From an uncultured Bacteroides sp. (GTDB lineage: Bacteria; Bacteroidota; Bacteroidia; Bacteroidales; JACABE01): a stretch of DNA of 64,000 nt. Location: assembly GCA_964496885.1 (NCBI GenBank), contig CAZCBG010000008.1, positions 4,354-68,353 on the forward strand. The letters run 5' to 3'. Positions 19,401 to 27,048 of the stretch are shown piece by piece; the first letter of the stretch is position 1, and every line of letters begins with the position of its first letter. The translations under genes were made by a program, and so were the position numbers. The notes under the pieces were generated by a model, which did no database searches, was not told the DNA's origin, and was given only the letters and a program-made list of their open reading frames with translations.

Positions 19401-19703
19401 GTTCAAGGCAGTAAATTAGTAATAGTTACCGATCCAACAAAACCTGATATCTACGAGTTACCTAGACATTTGGTTGATTTTAAAATATCGAAAAAAATTG
19501 GGAATCATTTTAGTTTAAGTTTAAAAGTACTTGATATTTTTAATAATCCTGTTACAAGAGCTTATGTAAATGTAAATACAGATAATTATTTCAAAAATAT
19601 TTGGGATGATATCACCAATAAAAAACCGCTTGAAAACAATTTCATCTATAATAAATACAAATATGGAACAAATTACATTCTTTCATTTTCTTATAAAATT
19701 TAA
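16482..19703 (+). CDS. TonB-dependent receptor with N-terminal carboxypeptidase-like extension (likely start is the ATG at 16527)
   Basis: NTE IRGKVTD..GETIVGA; plug ITVRGVGDRY...LDFIPSSLVDNIILSK; C-terminal beta-strand ending YILSFSYKI. Confidence 0.92.
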   Translation: MSIFRTSLDHKFEYFMKSFLFLISIIFLISTNIFSQCIIRGKVTDSKGETIVGASVYPKSKMNLGVATDLNGEFSINLPESEKEIIIVRYISYQSIEDTIKYKKGIIIKNYVLETVTKALNEVVITAKAYKNNDAQLEKLKMISISTIDYISAETIKKTGDANVASAVSRITGVSTTSSGLITVRGVGDRYVKTTINGARIPTLDPFTNNIKLDFIPSSLVDNIILSKTSRPDLPGDWAGAFISIETKDYPDTLSLFTETSFGYNSQSTFKDVLTSQTSSTDWLGFDNGFRDFDHSNYIQFNNTPTKYQEFAALGLGNFFQSLGINASTPWNDTYFKLGLIQLGLLGNAQINDPLAFQNATNIYNSLAYKGKAFNIINSTAVESEKKLPNNWNTTTKKAPISLSQSFSIGNQTKLFGKTLGYIIGLRYSSSVQYDPNTIKNDFSFQFNNFNLLDTNRSTFSKYQFISKETNSWSGLIKLALKLNNNNNFSFLFMPNIIGTNNVRDAEYVEPASNDPTNNPPTINYSKYQFYESRKQFIYQLKTEHFIPSRKIKIDFNASYTNGKSNAPDSKIYEKKFVDSNVPNDYSIYFTFPAVNISDKNKPIRYFRLLTDNVLNAQISAEMPIDKNPDLIRKIKIGSEFIYNYLENESNVYQFVNGNGFIDPTVQTLQKLNPDSIFNIVTINNGGNLQRSVYGFYEKYSRPIDDFFGYSTIFASYAMADYTISPKMRASGGLRIEKANIYTDCKFFDELGIVANDNRRKIVDVRGTQMDVEPGVLDKVSFLPSVNFILKLKNTESSLINLRLNYSQSVARPSIRELSETSFYDFETNSYVKGNAQLKMVKINNLDARIEYYFKSGDNISASLFYKGFENHIELSSWGYVLSWINNPNYTNLYGLELEGKKNITKHLEFKANLSLIYSQSVLNGGILYDLMGHIFFLKGGKRPMFGQAPYVLNTMLTYNFPKYGISTTLSYNVQGSKLVIVTDPTKPDIYELPRHLVDFKISKKIGNHFSLSLKVLDIFNNPVTRAYVNVNTDNYFKNIWDDITNKKPLENNFIYNKYKYGTNYILSFSYKI

Positions 19704-19721
19704 AAATTAATATCACTTATT

Positions 19722-21044
19722 ATGAAATGGATTGTATTATTTTTTACATTGTTTTTAACTATAACAGTAAATGCACAGGATGCTATTATAAAAACGTTTG
19801 TTGAAACTTATTATATATCTGACAATAATGATGCTACCGATACTTTAGGTGGATTTCTTCAATCTGGATCAACCACATACAGGATATATCTGCAACTAAA
19901 AAAAGCATGTAAACTTTTATCTGTTTATGGAGATGCCAATCATACAATAAAAATTAACAGTACGGATGTATTTTTTAATAACAAGGATAGAGGCAAAACT
20001 TTTGGGAAAGAAATAGTAAAAACCAATCTTTCCAATAATACTGTAGCACTCGACAGCTGGATTACAATTGGCCAAGCAACAACGACTAAAAATGGGCTCA
20101 CCTATTTTGGAATTCCAAAATCCCTTGATAAAAATGCTTCGTTTATTGGTGGCATTAATAATGATGGAGGAAGTGCAGGAATTGCAAGCGGATTACTCAA
20201 AAATAATAATAGTCTAGCAGGCATACCAATAACTGCAGCTGATGGTATGGATACCATGATGAATATTCCATCTAATTGGGTGAATTTAGGATTTCTTGAT
20301 GCAATATCCGGTGTTGACTCTAGTATTTTCGGTTCAATAAAACCTGGCAAATCTTTTATAAGTAATAGTGCAAAATTACAAAACTCTGGCGTATCAGGTG
20401 TTGATCCTGATAGCAATTATGTTTTAGTTGCCCAGTTAACCACCAAAGGAAGTCTTTCATTTGAATTGAACGTCGAAATAATGAATCCTGATGGTTCTAC
20501 TACTAAATATACTGCAACTAGAAGTATTGATTCGCTAACTGTAAAACACTCCGGATGGCTCAAATTTCCTTATGAATGTGGGTGCATAGATCCAGCTTAT
20601 TTTGAATATAATTCAGATTATATATGTTCAAACCCTAATGAATGTGTTCATCCTATTGTTTTAGGTTGTATGGATCCCAATGCCTGTAATTATGATCCAA
20701 AAGCAAATTATAATGTAGCTTCATTGTGCTGTTATCCGGGCATGTGTGAAGGACGTGATATCAGTCTGGTTTGTCCCTCACTGAAAGGGGTATTCAAAAA
20801 AATGAGCTTATATCCTATCCCTGCTATAGACGTATTAACCTTAGAAACAAATAATGAAATTACAGAAGAAATAAAATTTGCCGTGTATAATTCCTATGGA
20901 AAAATTCAATTAGAGAAAAGTCTGGGCTCAGTATCAGGGAAAATCAATGAAAACATTAATGTATCTAAACTTGAAAAAGGTATATATTTAGTTCGTTTGT
21001 CCTCGGGTAATACTATTATCAGTAGCACTTTCATAAAATTATAA
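19722..21044 (+). CDS. T9SS cargo with the unassigned domain (paralogue 3), a Cys-rich GCMDPNACNY module and a CTD
   Basis: VETYYIS, GSTTYRIY, LDSWITIG, VLVAQLTTKG; CGCIDP...GCMDPNACNYDP...CCYPGMC; LYPIPA...KGIYLVRL...FIKL. Confidence 0.88.
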   Translation: MKWIVLFFTLFLTITVNAQDAIIKTFVETYYISDNNDATDTLGGFLQSGSTTYRIYLQLKKACKLLSVYGDANHTIKINSTDVFFNNKDRGKTFGKEIVKTNLSNNTVALDSWITIGQATTTKNGLTYFGIPKSLDKNASFIGGINNDGGSAGIASGLLKNNNSLAGIPITAADGMDTMMNIPSNWVNLGFLDAISGVDSSIFGSIKPGKSFISNSAKLQNSGVSGVDPDSNYVLVAQLTTKGSLSFELNVEIMNPDGSTTKYTATRSIDSLTVKHSGWLKFPYECGCIDPAYFEYNSDYICSNPNECVHPIVLGCMDPNACNYDPKANYNVASLCCYPGMCEGRDISLVCPSLKGVFKKMSLYPIPAIDVLTLETNNEITEEIKFAVYNSYGKIQLEKSLGSVSGKINENINVSKLEKGIYLVRLSSGNTIISSTFIKL

Positions 21045-21082
21045 ACAATCATCGCTTTCTAAAAAACAAAATAAATTTTACA

Positions 21083-21889
21083 TTGATGAAAACCAAGCAT
21101 AATTTTAATAATATATTCCCTCTTTTTATATTTTTTATTTTAGTTTTAATTTTTGGTTGTAAAAAAGAAAACTCCCTTAATGCTAATGAAACAGCAAGCA
21201 TGTCAGACATTGATGGCAACGTTTATAAAACTGTAAAAATTGGGAATCAATGGTGGATGGCAGAAAATCTAAAAGTTAGAAGATACAGAAATGGAGATAC
21301 TATCGATTTTGTAGGTCTTATTGGATATAATCTGGATTCTTTAAAATGGAACAACATAAATTATGGGGCCTTTTGTATAATTGATAATCTTGATTCAACC
21401 TCAAAAAATTTTAATGGAAAAAAATTCGGATTTTTATATAATGGATTTACTATAACTGATAGCAGGATAATTGCTCCTGCGGGTTGGCATATCCCAACTG
21501 ATGCAGAATGGAAAACATTGGAAATTTATCTTGGAATGAGCGATAACGAAGTAAATAAAACAAATTGGAGAGGAAGCATTGAAGGAAATAAACTAAAACT
21601 TCAATTAGGTTGGAATGATCTTTCCGAAAATAATTCGAATTATACTTTAAGTGAACAATATTATATTTATGGAACAAATGAAAGTGGATTTTCTGCTTTA
21701 GGTGGTGGATGTTGTATGTACAATGGAAAATGGAGTGACCCCCAAACATTTGCCTCCGGTTTTTGGTGGACATCTTCTATAATTGACAATAAAATATTAT
21801 ACAGGTATCTGGATTACCATAAACCCAATGTATTCAGGTACTATGCTTCCAAAACCTATGGCTTCAATATCAGGTGTGTAAAAGACTAA
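21083..21889 (+). CDS. FISUMP (Fibrobacter succinogenes major paralogous domain) lipoprotein
   Basis: Lipobox-like IFG-C-KKE; DIDGNVYKTVKIGNQWWMAENL, GFLYN, APAGWHIPTDAEW, NESGFSALGGG, GFNIRCVKD. Confidence 0.9.
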   Translation: MMKTKHNFNNIFPLFIFFILVLIFGCKKENSLNANETASMSDIDGNVYKTVKIGNQWWMAENLKVRRYRNGDTIDFVGLIGYNLDSLKWNNINYGAFCIIDNLDSTSKNFNGKKFGFLYNGFTITDSRIIAPAGWHIPTDAEWKTLEIYLGMSDNEVNKTNWRGSIEGNKLKLQLGWNDLSENNSNYTLSEQYYIYGTNESGFSALGGGCCMYNGKWSDPQTFASGFWWTSSIIDNKILYRYLDYHKPNVFRYYASKTYGFNIRCVKD

Positions 21890-22146
21890 ACTATATTATC
21901 TCTCCTATCTTATCATTCAACTTTATTTTTTTATATACATTATTATTTTCAATTTTATACCAATTATTTTTTAATTCTAATTTCAATTACATAATTGCTT
22001 AACGATAAAAAAATCAAGCAATTTCTCCATTAAAGATTAATTTATATTGAAGGTAATGTAATATCAACAGGTACAAAAAGTATTTTGTTATAGATCAAAA
22101 TATAAAAACTGTGACTTTATAATAACTTAATATTTTCATATTTTCC

Positions 22147-22224
22147 TTAACATTATTTTAGTATTAATATAATTATTTCATAAACTTATCTTCTCTTTTA
22201 ATTAACCTAGCTACAATACATTTG
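22147..22224 (+). promoter_or_regulatory. Candidate Pho-box-like array (weaker) plus -7 element
   Basis: ttaacat (22147), ttagtat (22158), ataatta (22169), ataaact (22180), ttaacct (22202), all in 11-bp phase; TACATTTG at 22217. Confidence 0.45.
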
Positions 22225-22267
22225 CAACATTATTAATAAATGAAATCACAAACAAAAAAAAATTAAA

Positions 22268-24097
22268 ATGAAAAAGAAAATTACAAAGATGCTGATGATT
22301 GCATGTATTTTAGCAATCTCAGTTAATACTGGCTTTGCTCAGTATAATGACTTAAACAACGGAGCAGAGTGTGGATGTCCTGCAGTTGGTTCTAGAACCA
22401 TTGTAACACTTGAATCTATGGGAACAAGTATTGGTACTAATGAATATGAAATTCAGGCCAATACAACACTTACCTGCAACAATATGTACACAATTTCTCA
22501 CAAGATTTATGTTGGGTATGGTGTTACGCTTACCATTCAACCTGGAACAGTAATTAAAGGTCAATGGGTAGACCCTGTAACTGGAAATGCTTCAGTTCTT
22601 TTAGTTGAAAGAGGTGGGAAAATTATTGCTGATGGTAAAGCGAATTGTAAAATTATTTTTACAGGTATCAATGACCCATTAGATGGTACATATGCTGTAA
22701 CCAATGTAGGTGATTGGGGTGGAATAGTAATGTGCGGTTTTGCTACCAATAACTTATCAACTGCCCGTAACTTTGGAACAGGTATGAAGGGTGCAGGTTG
22801 GAATGGAGTTGGTTTTTGCGAAGGATTAGACAACACTACCAAACATTTATGGGGAGCAGGAGATACTATTACATTAGCTAACGGTCAAGCAGTATCAATT
22901 CCAACAACATTTAATGACAATGACAACTCAGGAATTTTAAGATATGTGTCTGTTCGTCACGCCGGTATGCTTGTTGGTGGAAATACAGCTGGTAACGAAT
23001 TAAACGGTATTTCATTGTATTCAGTGGGTCGTGGAACTAAAATTGAATATGTTGAAACAGTTGCTGCTGCAGATGATAATTTTGAAATGTTTGGTGGTAC
23101 TGTTGATTTAAAACACTGTTCAGTATTATATGGTGACGATGATTTTTATGATTATGATTTAGGTTGGACAGGTAGAATGCAATTTTGTTTTGGTATAGCC
23201 GGCGACAGCTTAACCGGTTTACATTCAACTGATAATGGATATGAATGTGATGCTGATGATAATGGCAGCAGTACTACTTTTGATCGTTCACATCCAGTTA
23301 TTTACAATACAACACTTATTGGCAATGGACATATTAAAGGAACTGCTGATAATACGGGCCCTGCTGCTATTATGGCAAAAGAACTTACTGAAGGAAGCTT
23401 TATCAATAATGTATTTGTTAACTTCCGTTCAGGATTACATTTAAATACAGGCAGACAAGGTACAGGTACAGGTAAAGGCGGTGATGCCTATGATAACTGG
23501 ACAGATCATGGTCCTACTACTTATATAAATCCAAGTTATCCTACTGGTTCAGGTTGGGGAGCCACACAAAATGCAAAACTTCAATCATTAATTGTTAAAA
23601 ACAATACGTTTGTTCATTGTAATTTAACCAACGAAACTGCCCCTAATGGAAATTCATACTGGATTACTAAAGGTAATAAATTAACTACAGGCTCAGGTGC
23701 TACAATTGGTATTAATACCTCTGTTATAGCAAGTGCTGCCGATACTTTACAGTTTTACAATGATGGAAATACTCATCTTTCTGTTGTTCCTGGTATTGAT
23801 TATACATGGTCATGGAATGTAGCAAAAACCGATTTTTCAGATAAATATCATGCAGTTCCTACAACAAGTTTAACTTCAAATATGACACCTCCAAATGATG
23901 GTTTCTTTGATATTGTTAGCTTTAGAGGTGCTTTTGATCCAAGCAAAAAAAGCTGGTTATCAACTGATAATGGATTTATGATTCCTGTTGCAGATAATAT
24001 GCGTTCTGATAACCCAACTGACATTAACAATGATGGAGTTACTGATGTTACTGACTTCCTTATTTTACTCGGTAAATTTGGACAATCTAATCAATAA
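22268..24097 (+). CDS. Secreted right-handed beta-helix protein of the type that accompanies SusD-less TBDRs, with a C-terminal dockerin/EF-hand-like motif
   Basis: GTVIKG, VERGGKIIADG, WGGIVMCG, DNDNSGILRYVSVRHAG, NELNGISLYSVGRGT.IEYVE, DDNFEMFGGTV, DDFYDYD.G, RGAF; tail DINNDGVTDVTDFLILLGKFG. Confidence 0.8.
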   Translation: MKKKITKMLMIACILAISVNTGFAQYNDLNNGAECGCPAVGSRTIVTLESMGTSIGTNEYEIQANTTLTCNNMYTISHKIYVGYGVTLTIQPGTVIKGQWVDPVTGNASVLLVERGGKIIADGKANCKIIFTGINDPLDGTYAVTNVGDWGGIVMCGFATNNLSTARNFGTGMKGAGWNGVGFCEGLDNTTKHLWGAGDTITLANGQAVSIPTTFNDNDNSGILRYVSVRHAGMLVGGNTAGNELNGISLYSVGRGTKIEYVETVAAADDNFEMFGGTVDLKHCSVLYGDDDFYDYDLGWTGRMQFCFGIAGDSLTGLHSTDNGYECDADDNGSSTTFDRSHPVIYNTTLIGNGHIKGTADNTGPAAIMAKELTEGSFINNVFVNFRSGLHLNTGRQGTGTGKGGDAYDNWTDHGPTTYINPSYPTGSGWGATQNAKLQSLIVKNNTFVHCNLTNETAPNGNSYWITKGNKLTTGSGATIGINTSVIASAADTLQFYNDGNTHLSVVPGIDYTWSWNVAKTDFSDKYHAVPTTSLTSNMTPPNDGFFDIVSFRGAFDPSKKSWLSTDNGFMIPVADNMRSDNPTDINNDGVTDVTDFLILLGKFGQSNQ

Positions 24098-24115
24098 TCA
24101 TTAATAAATATAAAA

Positions 24116-26683
24116 ATGAAAAAAATATTAATCGTATTAAGCCTTCTCTTTTTGGGTATTTTTACCCAGGCACAGAATGGCTTAGAAAAAATTGTTGTTG
24201 AAAAGTATTATATCACCAATACTGCAGATTCAATAGCAAATGATAATAATGGAACTAATACAACTGGTAGCCTAAATGTAGGATCTGTTACCTATAGAAT
24301 TTATGCTGATATGCTTCCCGGTTATAAATTTCAGTCTGCTTATGGTAGTACTAATCACAATCTTAAATTCACTACTTCTACATATTTTTATAATGATATA
24401 AATAATGGTACTTATTATCCAGTTTATACCAAAACAAAATTTAAACAATTTACTACAGGTATAGATTCTTGGATATCTGTTGGTGCTGCATGTGGAGGTA
24501 ATTTTGGTGTGCTTAAAACAGATGATAATGCCACATCTAATGCACTTACTATATCTAATGGATCATTAACAAATAACGATCCTAAAATGGGTATTCCATT
24601 ATACACCAGAGATGGTTTACTATTAGGCTCACCTGTTACAACTGTTTCAATAGCTGGTATGGATGCTACAATTCCTGCTGATAATGGAGTACTTGATGTT
24701 TTTGACACACAGGAAACTGCAAATTCATTTATTTTAACCGGTTCAGCATGGTCCTCACAATCTGGTTCATTGGGAGTAAATGCTGATACAAACAGGGTAT
24801 TAATTGCACAGATTACAACCAATGGCGTATTCCATTACGAATTAAATATACAGATAGGAACACCGAGTTTAGGAATAGAACAATACGTTTCAAGTAATCC
24901 AGTTTTAGTAAATCTTGGACCTTATGGAATTCAAATGGAAAGAACAATACCATCACTCACCGGAACATACAATGTTGCCCCAAGTGTAAGTATTACTTCT
25001 CCTTCAAACAATTCATATTCATATAGCGGTGTTGCTACAGCTATTACAGCTGCAGCTTCTGATTTAGATGGTACCGTAACTCAGGTTGAATTTTTTGTAG
25101 ATGGTATTTCAATTGGTGTTACTACTTCTACTTATACTGTAAATTATACAGGTGTAACAGGAACACATACTTTAACAGCCATAGCAACTGACAATGATGG
25201 TAAAACTACCACTTCAAGTCCTGTAACTTTAATTTGTGTTCCTCAAAATTCTACTTGGTCAGGTGCTATTAGTAATGCATGGTCAAATACTGCAAACTGG
25301 GATTACTTTCCTGTAGCTGTTTCTAATGTTATCATACCTGTTGTTACAACAAATTATCCTACCGTTTCTGCTGCTACAACTATTAACAACTTAACTTTAG
25401 AATCAAATACAAGCGGAACCGCTTCATTATTAGATAATAGTTTATTAACCGTTAATGGAACAGCTAATGTAAAATTATATGTAACCGGAAACAAATGGCA
25501 TATGCTTAGCATCCCTGTGCAATCAGCAACTTCAAATGTATTTCATTTAGCTGTTGGTCAAGCAGATATGTATGTTAAAGGATATGTTGCAGGAAACTGG
25601 GGTAGTTTAATTACAAATACTTCAACTCCATTAATTCCAGGTATTGGATATGCAGTTTGGGCTGACACACAAACCGGTTCAACACCTAATCCAACCATTA
25701 TTTTTAATGGCAGTCTTAATACCGGAAACCAAGCATTAACTACAGAAGTTGCTTGGACACTTGTTGGAAATCCTTATACTTCGTCTTTAGATTGGAACAC
25801 AATAAATTCTTCAAACACTGAAGGACAGGTTGTTAGAGTTTGGAGTGATGCCTTACAATTATATACTTCTTTCCAAAATGGTGGAATCAGCTTAAACGGA
25901 GGTAGTCAATACCTTTCTCCAATGCAGGCATTCTTTGTTAAAGGTTTAAATACTAACGGTATTAATTTAACTAATGCAAATAGAGTTCATAATAATCAAG
26001 CTTTTCAAAAAAGCAGCAATACTATCAATAATTTAGTTAAGATTAAAGCTCAACGGAGTACTTATTCAGATGAAATTGCTTTTGCTTACAATACGAATGC
26101 AACTAACAATTATGATAATTTGTATGATGCAAGTAAATTATTTTCAACAGAAAATAATATTCCTCAAGTATATACTTTAGCAGATAACAATGAATTATCA
26201 ATCAATGCTTTTGGTAGTTTACCTGTAGCTTTTCCGGTAAATATCAAATTAGGTGTTGCTGACAATGTTGTATTAACTGCATCTGAGTTTAATAATTTTG
26301 ATCCAAGTGTTTCAATTATATTAGAAGATATATTAAGTGGAACTTTTCATGATTTACGTCAGAACCCTGTTTACGCTTTTAGTGCATCAGCTAATGAAAA
26401 TGCAAACAGATTTGTTTTACATTTTGGAATGGCACCAAATAGTATTAACCAAGCATCAATCAACAATACAAGTATTTATGCTTACGAAAAAACTATTTAT
26501 GTTAATTCAAATGACAAAATAAAAGAAATCAGTATCTATAATATGCTTGGTCAGTTAATAACTTCAAAATTATGCAATGGTAATAGCTTAAACTTAATTT
26601 CAATAAGTAAAGCTTCAGCATTTTATATGGTTAGAGTTATCACAGACAAAACCACTTACAGTGAAAAAGTATTTATAAAATAA
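24116..26683 (+). CDS. T9SS cargo: unassigned domain (paralogue 4) + Ig-like (Big) domain + stalk shared with the triple phosphatase + CTD
   Basis: VVEKYYIT, GSVTYRIY, IDSWISVGAA, VLIAQITTNG; APSVSITSP...VEFFVDG...HTLTAIATDNDG; YNMLGQL...KVFIK. Confidence 0.9.
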   Translation: MKKILIVLSLLFLGIFTQAQNGLEKIVVEKYYITNTADSIANDNNGTNTTGSLNVGSVTYRIYADMLPGYKFQSAYGSTNHNLKFTTSTYFYNDINNGTYYPVYTKTKFKQFTTGIDSWISVGAACGGNFGVLKTDDNATSNALTISNGSLTNNDPKMGIPLYTRDGLLLGSPVTTVSIAGMDATIPADNGVLDVFDTQETANSFILTGSAWSSQSGSLGVNADTNRVLIAQITTNGVFHYELNIQIGTPSLGIEQYVSSNPVLVNLGPYGIQMERTIPSLTGTYNVAPSVSITSPSNNSYSYSGVATAITAAASDLDGTVTQVEFFVDGISIGVTTSTYTVNYTGVTGTHTLTAIATDNDGKTTTSSPVTLICVPQNSTWSGAISNAWSNTANWDYFPVAVSNVIIPVVTTNYPTVSAATTINNLTLESNTSGTASLLDNSLLTVNGTANVKLYVTGNKWHMLSIPVQSATSNVFHLAVGQADMYVKGYVAGNWGSLITNTSTPLIPGIGYAVWADTQTGSTPNPTIIFNGSLNTGNQALTTEVAWTLVGNPYTSSLDWNTINSSNTEGQVVRVWSDALQLYTSFQNGGISLNGGSQYLSPMQAFFVKGLNTNGINLTNANRVHNNQAFQKSSNTINNLVKIKAQRSTYSDEIAFAYNTNATNNYDNLYDASKLFSTENNIPQVYTLADNNELSINAFGSLPVAFPVNIKLGVADNVVLTASEFNNFDPSVSIILEDILSGTFHDLRQNPVYAFSASANENANRFVLHFGMAPNSINQASINNTSIYAYEKTIYVNSNDKIKEISIYNMLGQLITSKLCNGNSLNLISISKASAFYMVRVITDKTTYSEKVFIK

Positions 26684-26714
26684 ACAAATTTTTAAATTCT
26701 TAAAAAAAATAATC

Positions 26715-26936
26715 ATGAAAAATTCAATCAAAAAATTTATCATACTTTTTTTCCTGATGGCAGCTCCTGTTGTTATGAGCAATGTAATTGCTGATAATCC
26801 ACAAAGTCCGGGCGGAAATCCATCAGGAGGAGTTCCCATTGATGGAGGAGCAAGTATAGTAATAGCAGCCAGTGCTATATACGGTGCCAGAAAAGCTCGT
26901 AAAGCAATGAAAATTAAAAAAGATGAAATAAATTAA
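26715..26936 (+). CDS. Small PID-CTERM-like protein, copy 2
   Basis: Mature part DNPQSPGGNPSGGVPIDGG is identical to the 13979 copy. Confidence 0.85.
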   Translation: MKNSIKKFIILFFLMAAPVVMSNVIADNPQSPGGNPSGGVPIDGGASIVIAASAIYGARKARKAMKIKKDEIN

Positions 26937-26957
26937 TTAATCATTTTAATCAAAATC

Positions 26958-26993
26958 AAAGAGACTGTATCTTTTTAAAATACAGTCTCTTTT
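26958..26993 (+). terminator. Intrinsic terminator
   Basis: aaagagactgtat-ctttttaaa-atacagtctcttt(t). Confidence 0.8.
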
Positions 26994-27048
26994 CTTATTT
27001 ATTTACATTTAATCAGTGCCTTAAAACATCTTAATAATATTTCAATTT

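Larger units (their letters stand above)
25250..26993 (+). repeat. Copy 2 of the duplicated cassette
   Basis: Homologous to 12500-14259 (offset about 12.74 kb), including the intergenic spacer and downstream hairpin position. Confidence 0.92.
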
